64,000 nt of DNA from Candidatus Kerfeldbacteria bacterium. GTDB taxonomy: Bacteria > Patescibacteriota > Patescibacteriia > SBBC01. Every line of letters begins with the position of its first letter. Positions within the stretch are counted from its first letter, which is position 1. The notes beneath the pieces were generated by a model, which was given only the letters and a program-made list of their open reading frames with translations, did no database searches and was not told where the DNA came from. Shown in pieces: positions 25,983-36,025 of this stretch. The stretch is taken from assembly GCA_043799405.1 (NCBI GenBank), contig JAZDNT010000002.1, positions 107,320 through 171,319 of the forward strand, given 5' to 3'. Made by a program: the position numbers and the translations under genes.

Positions 25983-26004
25983 AAATGTTCCACGTGGAAC
26001 ATTT
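25983..26004. repeat. 22 bp perfect palindrome
   Basis: AAATGTTCCACGTGGAACATTT lies in the AT-rich spacer between the tRNAs and the first low-GC genes. Confidence 0.9.
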
Positions 26005-26071
26005 ATTTCGCAATAATGTGTTTTTAGTAGTAATTTTTGCTTAGTTTAAGCGATTTTATTGCGTCGTAAAA

Positions 26072-26353
26072 TCAATAGTTTCTTACAATTCTTGATAAAA
26101 TCGAATTTGATAGCGAGCTTATCCAGTTATTTCGTTTATTTGTTATTTCAAGAGTAACAAATAGGGCTCCAATAATTACGATTATGAAAAGAACGGAGAA
26201 TAATTCTTTTTTTACAATTTTTTGATACTGATCTGAATAAATATCCTCATTTTGAATTTCCTTATCAGGAATAAAATCATTACTTTGTGATTTATCCGCT
26301 GATATTTGCGGCTTTTCCAGTGCAAATAGCCGCTTTTTCTTGTTCTTGCTCAT
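26072..26353 (-). CDS. hypothetical small membrane protein (AT-rich gene)
   Basis: 93 aa. Lys/Asn-rich N-terminus and one TM helix (LFSVLFIIVIIGALFVTL). Confidence 0.45.
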   Translation of the reverse strand: MSKNKKKRLFALEKPQISADKSQSNDFIPDKEIQNEDIYSDQYQKIVKKELFSVLFIIVIIGALFVTLEITNKRNNWISSLSNSILSRIVRNY

Positions 26354-26425
26354 TGGTTGATATTAATTACTACGCATGAGTTTAGCATTATATATAAAAA
26401 AGATAAACGGAAATAATATCTGGTA

Positions 26426-26454
26426 TTGACAAAAATTGCTAATTATAATATAAT
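26426..26454 (+). promoter_or_regulatory. consensus sigma70-type promoter
   Basis: TTGACA (26426-26431), 17 nt spacer, TATAAT (26449-26454), about 60 nt upstream of ATG 26513. Confidence 0.55.
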
Positions 26455-26512
26455 GAATATAGACAAAATATTATAAAAGGAATATAAAATAACATTCAAA
26501 TACGATCTGGGT

Positions 26513-29500
26513 ATGGTTAAAACTTTGATCCATATCCGTAATTCATTAGGAAATCGACTGGTTGAGCTCGAAGAAGTCGAAAATTTTGTTATTGATCAAA
26601 TCTTTATTGTCCAACTGTTTGTCTTTATAATAACACTTTTCGCACGCGTTGGTCTTGAATTTCTATCATTCATCATTTCGATCCCGCTAAACCTTAAATG
26701 GACTCCACAGCAGGGGTTTCAGCAACTCGCACGAAGAAAAGATAATGGCGAATACATTGATTCGTATACCTCATTTATCCGTCGGCAACGGATGTCAGTT
26801 GCGACCTCGATTGTTACTTTGCTATTGCTCGCAAGCCAATTTTACGTCATTGGGTTAGGAATCGTTGGTATTGGAAAGCCATCTAAAACAGAGGCGTATA
26901 CAACGAGCGTTGAAATTAACCCGAGCTGGGATATAACCTCGCAGGATATAGTAACTTATGACCTTAGCTGCGAGCCGGCCGGCGATGCGTATTCCTGCCT
27001 TCTTGCTAGTCAAACAACTTTACGAAGTGGGAATAACGGTTTGCTTGATTGCGACTCGTCAGACACTTATTACATTGCTTTCATGAAATTTCCATTGACT
27101 GATTTATACGTACCGAGCGGCGCAACAATTACAAAAGTTGAATTAAAAGTCAATGTCACTACAAATTTTGCTGGTGATAGTATATCGATCTATACAACCA
27201 GTGACAATATTCAAACCGAGTCATGCAACACCGGTGCACTGTTTAATGATCTCGATCAAGGCGTGGGTAGCCCTTCCGATTGGAATACTACCGGTTTAAA
27301 AACCGTCGTACTTGACTCTAACGCCATCAATGCGGTGCAGGCAAAAATCACTACCAGTGAGGTTATTGGTTTGGCCGTCTCGGCTTCGGGGGGGGAGGTC
27401 GGTTATTTCACTTCGACTGACAGCAGTTCGAACAAACCGATCCTTAAAGTGACTTATACGATGCTACCGCAAGCGCCAACAGCGGCCACGCCTAACCACA
27501 GCGCCAATTCAACCAGCACGATCACCTGGAACTGGGTCGATCATGCAACCGAAGATAGCGCCGGGAGCAACAGCCAGCGGATCATGGATGGGACTAACGT
27601 TAAATGTTCAACCACCGGCGACATGGCGACAACCGGGGCGACCATGTCCTGCCAGGAAACAAGTCTTTCAGCTAACACTGCTTACACCCGAAAATCGAAC
27701 ACTGTTGATCCGCAAGGCAATACCGACGGTCCGAACATGACCGCTTACACCTCGATCGAGACGCCGTCTGGTATTTCCTTCAGTAACGTTACTACCACAG
27801 GTATTACGACTACCGCCACTGGCACAATTTCCAACCTTACCAGTGATTCCTCTGGTTTGTACTTTCAAGAGTCGGTGACGAGCACGAACTCCGATTGGAC
27901 ACAGACGAACTCCTGGGCAAAGTCAGGTCTCACCGCGAATACCCAGTACAGCTTCCAGGTCAAGGCACGGAACGGGAACTCTGACGAAACCTCGCTTACG
28001 GCCGCCACGACAAAATACACGCTTTCGGTTACGCCGAGTGCGGCCAGCACGCGGGTAACTTCCGCCTGGTACACGAGCGGTACCTTTCCCTTCACCAACC
28101 CGGTTGGGTGGGGGGCCGGCGGCATCCAATATTATCGTTACGCCTGGGATACAAGCCCAATCTATGCCTTTGCTGGTACGGAAAGTACTTGGAGCAGTCT
28201 TGACGCTAATTGCCCGGGCGGGACATGTACGGATGCGGGTACGACCCTGTCTAAGACTGCGACCACTAAAAGTGATTTATGGTATCTCCACCTCCAATCT
28301 TTCAATGCAGAAGGTATCGCTAATGGAAGCGGTAGTAGTTTCGGACCTTATTACTATGATGGCTCGGCACCGGTGTTTTCTAGTTTTTCCGCAACCCCAA
28401 CTACTAATGGCGCCACCCTGAGCTGGACAACTGACGAACCAACCACGACCCAACTTGAATATGGAACGACCATATCATACGGCACGAACACCGCGCTCGA
28501 TGCCACCTTGGCGACCTCTCACACCGTGACATTGTCAGGCCTGGCGGCGGGTACGGCTTTCCATGCCCGTGTTCTCGGCACTGATGAGGCTGGCAATACT
28601 GGTCAGTCCAGTGATTTGTCTTTTACCACCACGAGCGCGGCGCAAACTCTGATCACCAATGTTCAGGTGTCATCTATCAGCCCGACTTCCGTAGTTATCA
28701 CCTGGACCACTAACGAACCAGCGACCTCGAAGGTGCGTTATGGCACCAGTACCGATTACGGATTAGAGGTCAGCGATAACGCCTTGGTGACTAGCCATAG
28801 TCTGACCATAACTGGTTTAACTCCTGGTACGACCTACCACTACGAGGTCATTTCTGTCGGTAGCACGACCGACCACGACGCCGACGCGACGTTCACCACT
28901 TCCGCATCAGCCCCGATAACCACCCTGTCCGCGGTCCGCGCCGTTGTAGGAGAGACCATCGCCACGGTCTACTGGACAACGAACGAAGCAGCGACCTCGA
29001 TGGTCCACTACGGCACGACGACTGACTACACAGGAGCGAAGTCGAGCACGGAAAAGACCGCATCCCACAGGATCCAGCTCACTGGCCTCACCCCGGGAAC
29101 CCTCTACCACTACATGGTCGTGAGCGTTGGAAGTACGGCGGACTCATCGAGGGACTTCACCTTTACGACTGGTACTCCAGAATCTACTACGAACCGAGCG
29201 ATCGGGCCGACGATCTTCGGGACCGTACTGCATGACGGCGAATCGCCAACCATCGACCTCAATGGCATTGCCAAGGGAGACCAGACGCTCACGGTCTACG
29301 TTGACGGAAAGAAGGTCAAGACAATAAAAACAGCCGGTTCCTCCTCGAAGACTCAATCGTTCTCGGTCGCCGTTCCTCTCGGGAAGCTCTCGAAGGGCAA
29401 GCACACGCTCTATGTCCAGTCGACCGATGCAGAGGGCAGGACGAGCAGGGTCGTGCAGCGTATCACCTTTACGATCGGCGTATCCGAACACGGAGTGCTG

Positions 29501-29698
29501 CCGGTCAGGGTCAAGGGCGCCCCGACGAGTTACATCGTCGTGAAGGGGGACTCTCTCTGGAAGATCGCAGAGCGGTACCTCGGTAACGGCGCGCTGTACA
29601 CGACGCTCATCGAGGCGAACAAGAAGGCATACCCCAGCATCGTAACGAACCCCTCGGTCATCCAGCCGGGGTGGAAACTAATGATTCCATCAAAGTAA
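26513..29698 (+). CDS. giant secreted/surface protein with FN3-like repeats and a C-terminal LysM domain
   Basis: 1061 aa. TM/signal-anchor helices. Four ~90 aa repeats of the type xxWTTDEPATSxxxYGTTxxYG...HxxxLTGLxPGTxYHY. C-terminal LysM-like YIVVKGDSLWKIAERYLGNGALYTTLIEANK. An alternative start is ATG 26792. Confidence 0.75.
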   Translation: MVKTLIHIRNSLGNRLVELEEVENFVIDQIFIVQLFVFIITLFARVGLEFLSFIISIPLNLKWTPQQGFQQLARRKDNGEYIDSYTSFIRRQRMSVATSIVTLLLLASQFYVIGLGIVGIGKPSKTEAYTTSVEINPSWDITSQDIVTYDLSCEPAGDAYSCLLASQTTLRSGNNGLLDCDSSDTYYIAFMKFPLTDLYVPSGATITKVELKVNVTTNFAGDSISIYTTSDNIQTESCNTGALFNDLDQGVGSPSDWNTTGLKTVVLDSNAINAVQAKITTSEVIGLAVSASGGEVGYFTSTDSSSNKPILKVTYTMLPQAPTAATPNHSANSTSTITWNWVDHATEDSAGSNSQRIMDGTNVKCSTTGDMATTGATMSCQETSLSANTAYTRKSNTVDPQGNTDGPNMTAYTSIETPSGISFSNVTTTGITTTATGTISNLTSDSSGLYFQESVTSTNSDWTQTNSWAKSGLTANTQYSFQVKARNGNSDETSLTAATTKYTLSVTPSAASTRVTSAWYTSGTFPFTNPVGWGAGGIQYYRYAWDTSPIYAFAGTESTWSSLDANCPGGTCTDAGTTLSKTATTKSDLWYLHLQSFNAEGIANGSGSSFGPYYYDGSAPVFSSFSATPTTNGATLSWTTDEPTTTQLEYGTTISYGTNTALDATLATSHTVTLSGLAAGTAFHARVLGTDEAGNTGQSSDLSFTTTSAAQTLITNVQVSSISPTSVVITWTTNEPATSKVRYGTSTDYGLEVSDNALVTSHSLTITGLTPGTTYHYEVISVGSTTDHDADATFTTSASAPITTLSAVRAVVGETIATVYWTTNEAATSMVHYGTTTDYTGAKSSTEKTASHRIQLTGLTPGTLYHYMVVSVGSTADSSRDFTFTTGTPESTTNRAIGPTIFGTVLHDGESPTIDLNGIAKGDQTLTVYVDGKKVKTIKTAGSSSKTQSFSVAVPLGKLSKGKHTLYVQSTDAEGRTSRVVQRITFTIGVSEHGVLPVRVKGAPTSYIVVKGDSLWKIAERYLGNGALYTTLIEANKKAYPSIVTNPSVIQPGWKLMIPSK

Positions 29699-29705
29699 AA
29701 ACACC

Positions 29706-32700
29706 ATGAGACTTATTCAACGCGCCATCGCTCTCATGACGTCCGTTGCCCTGCTTGTGGGTTACGCAGCGCCTCTTGTGGTGCAGACAATAAAACCTGT
29801 TCAGGCGGTTGAGTACTTTCCTCTCAACGAAAACCGAGCGAAGGATTTCGCCATCGTCAAAAAGGACGGCGTTTGGCACGTCTTTGCGATTTACTGCAAA
29901 ATATATGAACCCTGCGCCAATTACCAGCGGGGATTGATGCACCTGACCTCAACCGATCTTACCAACTGGACCGAGGTGGGATACATTCTGACGCCGGACG
30001 GTGGCAGCGACTTCGACGACTTCGATATCTGGGCGCCGTCGATCGTGGAGAAGGACGGGACGTACTATATGTTTTACACCGGGGTATCCGTGAACGGCTA
30101 CAGTAAATGGGTCCAGATGATCGGGCTGGCCACCTCGACCGATCTCACTACCTGGACCAAGTACAGCACCAGCCCGGTATTTGACTGCTCTACCATCACC
30201 GGCGTTTACTCCGACCCCACCGATGACGTTGCCTGTCGCGATCCGTACGTATTCTGGGATGAAACAGAACACCAGTGGGTCATGAGCGTCAGTTCCCGCC
30301 GGACCGGCTCGACGCCGGCCAACCTGATGTCGATTGCCCTGGCCACCTCGGATGACCTGACCACCTGGAGCGGGTACGGTTTCATCACCGCCTCCGATGA
30401 CTATGCGGCCGAGTCGTCCCACGTTTTCCAGCATAACAACACGTATTACATGTTCTACACTAACGGTGGCGAACCGGCAGAAGCGTCGCTCGAATACCTC
30501 ACTTCTTCGGATCTGTATTCCGGTTGGACGCGGATCGGCGATCCGCCGTCCGTCGGCGTGTACGAATACGCCTCCGAATATTACAAAGACGGCGACCGCG
30601 AGTACTTCATGCGGGCCAGCAACAATAACGTCTCACTTGATTTCGATCAAATCACCTGGCCCTCGGACGTATTTACCGTGTCCGAGATCCCGTATGCCAC
30701 GATCGGCGATTATGTGTGGAATGATGTTGACGGCGACGGCGTGCCGGATGCCGGTGAAGCGGGAATCGATAGCGTCATCATGCGGCTGTACCTCGACAAC
30801 GGCGACGGCGTTTTCAATGTGAGTTCGGACGACGTGTATTCCACGGCAACCACCGGCGACGACCCGAATACAGTGGGCACGCAGCACGGCTACTATGCGT
30901 TCACGACCGCGCTACCGGGCAGTACGTACTGGCTGACCGTCGATCCAAGCAACTACAACAGCGGCGGTGCCTTAGCGAGCATGGCGAATACGACGGATAA
31001 TACCGTGGTTTCGCTCGCGCCAACGGACAGTCAGTCGCTTCTCACGCACGACATGGGGTTCCAGGCCAAGTCAGCGACATGGTCATTGTCGACAGCTGCG
31101 AATTTTACCGTCGGGAGTAACCTGACGCTCACCGGCGGTCGCGTAGCGCCGACGCCGCTTTCTGCCAGCGCCAGTCCGGCCTGGTGGAATACGGACTATC
31201 GATATCGTAAACAGGTCACTGTCAGTGCGGTCACCCAGAATCTCGATAACACTAAGACCGTTGTGTTGAATGAGAACTTAACCACGCTCATTTCGGCCGG
31301 TAAGCTCCAATCCGACTATGATGATTTGCGGCTGGTGTACTGGAATGGCGCCGCTAATACGGAAGTGGACCTCGATGTCATTGACGCGACCACCCAGCGT
31401 TTTAAAGTGCAGGCCAGCGTGACCGCCGGCAACAGCGACGGCGGATACTACCTCTACTATGGCGATCCGAAAGCCACATATAAACCAGCGCGGTTGGCGT
31501 CGGTTTACGACTATTACAGTTCGTTCAACGCTCCAAATGGAACGACGTATGGCTCGTGGCAGGAAGGCGGCGGTAACTGGCAAATTGTCGGCAACGCTTG
31601 GGAGCAACTCACCACATCAACAGGTGGTTTTATCAGTCGCGACACGTCGAAAGTGGTGAACCTCAGTCAGAACTGGGCGTCCGAGGTATCGCTAAAAATA
31701 AAAAGCACCGGCAATACGCGAATCGGCGGAATCGTTTTTCATTCATCACAGCAGGCCTTAGGCGGCGATTCGTACTTCGTAAATCTGCAAGCCACATCGC
31801 CGCAACGAATACGGTTTTTTCGCACGGTATCAGATCAGAATTTCTTCGATGCCACTAACCGGAACAAAGACACGACCATCAATCAGGATGTCGACTTCGT
31901 GACGCGGCTGGAATACGACTACAATTCCAGCAGTTTAATCCACTATCTTACGTCGTACATCAACAACACACTGATCGCCACCACAACGGAAACGATTGAA
32001 GACGGGCTCATTGGCTGCGATATCTGGTATGACGGCGGCTGTCCGACTACCGACAAGCAAGCGAACTTTGCATTGAGTACTTTTGAGGGTGACGTCGTGT
32101 TTAACGACCTCAAGGGCTGGCAGCTACACGACGGCACCTTTACTATCGGCAGCGAGACCGACCTCTACCCGGTCGTGACCAGCACCATTCAACCAAAAGC
32201 AACACAAGCAACCACCTTTTTCAAGCTCAATTCATTCTCCGCGTCATCATACGCCCAAGGCGGGTCAGTGCAATACGTTCTGTCGAATGACGGGGGGACG
32301 GCATGGCTGTACTGGAACGGAACGTCGTGGACAGCGTCGGACAGCAGTCTGACCCAGTCGAACACCGTCAGTCAGCTCAATACCAACGCCGCCAGCTTTC
32401 CGACCGGCAGCGGACTGTTGCTTTGGAAAGCGGTCATGGTTTCCAGCAGTAATTCCTACCCGGTGCTGCTCCATGCCGGGGTAACGGTCAATACCGTACC
32501 AGCAACGCCAACGCTCATCAGCCCGGCCGGCGGCGCTTCGGTGACAACCTTCACGCCAGCCTTCACGTTTTCCGCAACGGACGCGCAAGCCGACGCACTC
32601 CAGTACCAACTCCAGATTGATACCGTTAGTACATTCGACTCCGCCAGCCTCGTGACGTACCTACAAGCAAGTTCCCAGACCGGATGGAGCGGCCAGGATC

Positions 32701-33896
32701 AAGGAAGCGGCACTTCCTACAGCTCAGGCACCGCCGCTTCATTCACGCCGACGACAGCGCTTGGCAACGGCACGTACTACTGGCGAGCTCGGGCTTTCGA
32801 TCCGAACGGATCGAGCCAGTACGGCAGCTACTCCGTTTCTCGCTCGTTCACCACTCCCGCGGCTCTGACACTGACGACGCCGGTCGCTGCGGTTCACGGT
32901 TTGTATTCAATGCTCATCACCTGGACGTCGTCGAATGCTGGCAGTTCGACTGTGGAGTACGGTATCACGGCGAGCTATGGATCGACGGTGAATCAGGCCG
33001 ACAGCGCCACAAACCACGAGGTCGCGGTGACTGATGTGGTACCGGGGATAACCTACCACTATCGCGTAAAGACGACTGACGGTTACGGACAGACGGCTAC
33101 GTCAACTGATCAGGCATTCACCCTTTCTCCGACGATAATCCGCAATGTCTCTGTTACGAAGAATACGCCGAATTCTGTCACGATTACGTGGACGACGAAC
33201 GAATCCGCAACATCACGCATTCGATACGGAACGACCAGCGCGTACGGCACGGAGGCGTCTAACAGTGTCCCAGATGTGAACCACAGCTTCACACTGAATA
33301 ACCTCACTCCGAAGACGACGTACCACTACCAGCTCGTCTCTACCGGTTCAACAGTAACCACCGGGGAAGACTTAACGTTCACGTCGTTTCCAGAGTGGGT
33401 TGGTCGAGCAATCGGACCAACGCTTTTCACACCAATCCTTCGAAACGACGAAGAACAAAAGCTCATCATTCTCGGAATAGCCAAGGGAAAGCAAACGATC
33501 AGGATCTACGTTGACGGGAAGGTCGTGTCCTCGCTGCGAACACCCGGCCCGTCATCTGCGACCAAGCCCTTCTCAACGGAGCTATCGGTGAGACGGTTTG
33601 CGCCGGGGAAGCACACGCTCTATGCGCAATCGACCGATCATGTCGGGAGAACAAGCATTGTCCGTCAACGCTTCACCTTCACCGTTCGTTCTCGTGGTGG
33701 CAGCAAGACCGTTCTATTCCATGGAGCCGTACGGTATATGGTAAACGACGGCGACACGCTCTGGGCGATCGCCGAGCGGTACCTCGGTAACGGCGCGTTG
33801 TATACGAAGCTCATCGAGGCGAACAAGAAGGTATATTCCGGCATCATTGCAAATCCCTCGGTCATACAGCCGGGGTGGATCCTGATGATCCTATAG
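29706..33896 (+). CDS. giant secreted multi-domain protein (beta-propeller glycosidase-like, SdrD-B-like, DUF2341-like, FN3-like repeats, LysM)
   Basis: 1396 aa. Signal peptide. N-terminal WAPSIVEKDGTYYMFYTG-type propeller blades. GDYVWNDVDGDGVPDAGE (SD-repeat B-like). WWNTDYRYRKQVTV (DUF2341-like). Two FN3-like repeats. Its C-terminal module is paralogous to that of the upstream gene. Confidence 0.75.
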   Translation: MRLIQRAIALMTSVALLVGYAAPLVVQTIKPVQAVEYFPLNENRAKDFAIVKKDGVWHVFAIYCKIYEPCANYQRGLMHLTSTDLTNWTEVGYILTPDGGSDFDDFDIWAPSIVEKDGTYYMFYTGVSVNGYSKWVQMIGLATSTDLTTWTKYSTSPVFDCSTITGVYSDPTDDVACRDPYVFWDETEHQWVMSVSSRRTGSTPANLMSIALATSDDLTTWSGYGFITASDDYAAESSHVFQHNNTYYMFYTNGGEPAEASLEYLTSSDLYSGWTRIGDPPSVGVYEYASEYYKDGDREYFMRASNNNVSLDFDQITWPSDVFTVSEIPYATIGDYVWNDVDGDGVPDAGEAGIDSVIMRLYLDNGDGVFNVSSDDVYSTATTGDDPNTVGTQHGYYAFTTALPGSTYWLTVDPSNYNSGGALASMANTTDNTVVSLAPTDSQSLLTHDMGFQAKSATWSLSTAANFTVGSNLTLTGGRVAPTPLSASASPAWWNTDYRYRKQVTVSAVTQNLDNTKTVVLNENLTTLISAGKLQSDYDDLRLVYWNGAANTEVDLDVIDATTQRFKVQASVTAGNSDGGYYLYYGDPKATYKPARLASVYDYYSSFNAPNGTTYGSWQEGGGNWQIVGNAWEQLTTSTGGFISRDTSKVVNLSQNWASEVSLKIKSTGNTRIGGIVFHSSQQALGGDSYFVNLQATSPQRIRFFRTVSDQNFFDATNRNKDTTINQDVDFVTRLEYDYNSSSLIHYLTSYINNTLIATTTETIEDGLIGCDIWYDGGCPTTDKQANFALSTFEGDVVFNDLKGWQLHDGTFTIGSETDLYPVVTSTIQPKATQATTFFKLNSFSASSYAQGGSVQYVLSNDGGTAWLYWNGTSWTASDSSLTQSNTVSQLNTNAASFPTGSGLLLWKAVMVSSSNSYPVLLHAGVTVNTVPATPTLISPAGGASVTTFTPAFTFSATDAQADALQYQLQIDTVSTFDSASLVTYLQASSQTGWSGQDQGSGTSYSSGTAASFTPTTALGNGTYYWRARAFDPNGSSQYGSYSVSRSFTTPAALTLTTPVAAVHGLYSMLITWTSSNAGSSTVEYGITASYGSTVNQADSATNHEVAVTDVVPGITYHYRVKTTDGYGQTATSTDQAFTLSPTIIRNVSVTKNTPNSVTITWTTNESATSRIRYGTTSAYGTEASNSVPDVNHSFTLNNLTPKTTYHYQLVSTGSTVTTGEDLTFTSFPEWVGRAIGPTLFTPILRNDEEQKLIILGIAKGKQTIRIYVDGKVVSSLRTPGPSSATKPFSTELSVRRFAPGKHTLYAQSTDHVGRTSIVRQRFTFTVRSRGGSKTVLFHGAVRYMVNDGDTLWAIAERYLGNGALYTKLIEANKKVYSGIIANPSVIQPGWILMIL

Positions 33897-33963
33897 AATT
33901 GCTCCGCTCGAGTAATGAACACTAAAGGTGTTCATAGTGCTGTCGTAGTCGTTTTGGTATCAT

Positions 33964-33992
33964 TTGACACTAAGTGAAGCCAATCGTACAAT
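33964..33992 (+). promoter_or_regulatory. sigma70-type promoter for the bactofilin gene
   Basis: TTGACA (33964-33969), 17 nt spacer, TACAAT (33987-33992). Confidence 0.5.
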
Positions 33993-34032
33993 ACTGGCGC
34001 ACGTTTTTATTTATAGTAAGGAGGCCCATTGT

Positions 34033-34452
34033 ATGGCAATGTTCAATAGAGACGAGGGTGACGCGCACAGCGTTGAGACAATCATCGGCCCCTCGGTTAA
34101 GGTCGAGGGAAACTTCGTCGGATCAGGAAATGTCGCTGTCGAAGGCGTCGTTAACGGCTCGATCAAAACATCGAAGGACCTCCGTATCGGTGATCGGGCA
34201 AAGGTGAAGGCGGATATCGACGCTGCTAACGTCGTCATCGCGGGTGAGGTGCACGGTAACATTAAAGCCGGCGGGAGGCTTGAGCTCATGCCCTCAGCAA
34301 AGGTGTTCGGAAACGTGGAAACGGCGACACTGTCCGTTGCTCAGGGCGCGATCCTGAACGGGAAGTGTCTCATGGTAAAGAACGACATCGGATCGGTCGC
34401 ACCGCTTGTATCGGAAAAGAATGAAAAGATTGATAAGAAGCGCACAGCCTGA
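34033..34452 (+). CDS. bactofilin (polymer-forming cytoskeletal protein)
   Basis: AAGGAGG SD. Repetitive beta-helix signature (IGPSVKVEGNFVGSGNVAVEGVVNGSI...VIAGEVHGNIKAGGRLEL...KVFGNVE). Confidence 0.8.
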   Translation: MAMFNRDEGDAHSVETIIGPSVKVEGNFVGSGNVAVEGVVNGSIKTSKDLRIGDRAKVKADIDAANVVIAGEVHGNIKAGGRLELMPSAKVFGNVETATLSVAQGAILNGKCLMVKNDIGSVAPLVSEKNEKIDKKRTA

Positions 34453-34458
34453 CGGTAC

Positions 34459-35211
34459 ATGTACTACTACCTCTTCGACAGCCCGCTTTCCGATAAGAAG
34501 TACAATACAGTCGTGAACCGGATCGAGTTCCGGATCATTGAGTTAGGCATCAACGGGAGGATGGACAGGCTGTCGATACTGAAAAATATGCGGGAGCTCA
34601 TCGATACGGCGATCAAACGGGGGGCGGAAACGGTCGTTGTCGTTGGAGGCGACGATTTTATCGTAAAAGCCGTGTCAATTATCGCTTCGTACAACGTGAC
34701 GCTCGGTATCATCCCCGTCGGCGATCACACCAGTATTGCGCGAGTTCTCGGCATCCCAGAGGGCGAGGCCGCATGCGACGTGCTCTCACGGAGGATCGTT
34801 CGTACCATTGACCTTGGGAAGGTGAACGACCAATTCTTCCTCTTCTCGCTTGTCGTTCCGGCAAACGATGTAACCGTCGAGTGCGACGGTCACTACAGCG
34901 TGTCGTTACTCGGTGCGCCGAGGCCGTTTTCCATCTGCAATTTCAACCCGGAGCACAGAGCTAACCAGTGTTCAAACCCGGAGGACGGCGTTCTTGAAGC
35001 GATCATTCAGGAGGAACCAACAGGATGGATACCGTTTCGAAGGCAGCGAGCAGCGGAGAGCGTATTCCCGATCAGGAAAGCGCGTATCATGAGTCCGGCC
35101 GCGAGCGTTCCGCTCACGCTCGACGGGTCGACGATCGTAAAGACGCCTGCGGTCGTTGAGGTGGCGCCACACCGATTACGCGTCATTGTTGGAAAAGACC
35201 GCCTCTTTTAA
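34459..35211 (+). CDS. diacylglycerol-kinase-catalytic-domain family lipid kinase (YegS-like)
   Basis: VVVVGGDDFIVKAV...LGIIPVGDHTSIARVLG matches the DAGK_cat GGDG-type motif region. Confidence 0.6.
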   Translation: MYYYLFDSPLSDKKYNTVVNRIEFRIIELGINGRMDRLSILKNMRELIDTAIKRGAETVVVVGGDDFIVKAVSIIASYNVTLGIIPVGDHTSIARVLGIPEGEAACDVLSRRIVRTIDLGKVNDQFFLFSLVVPANDVTVECDGHYSVSLLGAPRPFSICNFNPEHRANQCSNPEDGVLEAIIQEEPTGWIPFRRQRAAESVFPIRKARIMSPAASVPLTLDGSTIVKTPAVVEVAPHRLRVIVGKDRLF

Positions 35212-35227
35212 ACGTACGGTATAGGCT

Positions 35228-35869
35228 ATGGCAGATACGACCCTTCGTGTTCCAGAATACCTGACGTGGTTCGGTCACGACAGCGTTAAGATCGTCGGCG
35301 GCGGTAAGGTAATTTTTATCGATCCCTTCCAGCTGAAACCGCCGCAGGAACCAGCAGATCTTGTACTGATAACCCACGAACACTTCGACCACTACTCAGA
35401 GAAAGACCTTGCGATGATCGTTAATCAAAAAACTACGATCGTTGCAGCATCGTCATGCAACGGGAAGCTTCCCATTGCGAAGATCATCAGCGTGCAGCCA
35501 GGTGAGCGCCACGAACTCGATGGCATCACGATCGAAACCGTGCCAGCCTATAACCTTGAAAAACCGTTCCACCCGAACGATGGACGGCGCGTCGGATTCA
35601 TCATTACCATTGAAGGGCAGCGCATTTACCACGCCGGAGATACCGACTTCATCCCTGAGATGAGGTTGTTAAGCGATATAGACGTTGCACTGGTGCCGGT
35701 TTCAGGTACCTACGTCATGGATGCCGAAGAAGCCGCGGAAGCAGTGAATTCGTTCATGCCGCGGCTTGCTATACCAATGCACTACGGAGCGATCGTCGGA
35801 AGCAGCGAAGACGCCGAGCGGTTCAAGCAGCTCGCTCGAGTTCCCGTTGTCATTCCCAAGCAGTCATAA
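35228..35869 (+). CDS. MBL-fold metallo-hydrolase
   Basis: LITHEHFDHY (HxHxDH), later HAGDT and a distal His. Confidence 0.8.
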   Translation: MADTTLRVPEYLTWFGHDSVKIVGGGKVIFIDPFQLKPPQEPADLVLITHEHFDHYSEKDLAMIVNQKTTIVAASSCNGKLPIAKIISVQPGERHELDGITIETVPAYNLEKPFHPNDGRRVGFIITIEGQRIYHAGDTDFIPEMRLLSDIDVALVPVSGTYVMDAEEAAEAVNSFMPRLAIPMHYGAIVGSSEDAERFKQLARVPVVIPKQS

Positions 35870-35908
35870 ATTCGCTCGTCGCATAAAACAAACGAACGTC
35901 GTATCCTT

Positions 35909-35926
35909 GACGCGAAGCGTCTTTTT
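35909..35926 (+). terminator. intrinsic terminator after the MBL-fold gene
   Basis: GACGC-GAA-GCGTC followed by TTTTT. Confidence 0.6.
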
Positions 35927-35937
35927 CGGTAACGTTC

Positions 35938-36014
35938 ACCCCGTTAGAAGGACGAAGGTTGTCAGTTTTTAGATTGAGTTTTTAGATCGACTGTTGACGA
36001 CCTTCTAACGGGGT
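35938..36014 (+). promoter_or_regulatory. long-range 14 bp stem in the infB leader
   Basis: ACCCCGTTAGAAGG (35938-35951) is perfectly complementary to CCTTCTAACGGGGT (36001-36014). The loop holds two copies of AGTTTTTAGAT. The 3' arm ends 11 nt before the infB ATG. Confidence 0.5.
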
Positions 36015-36025
36015 TCACACGTTCT

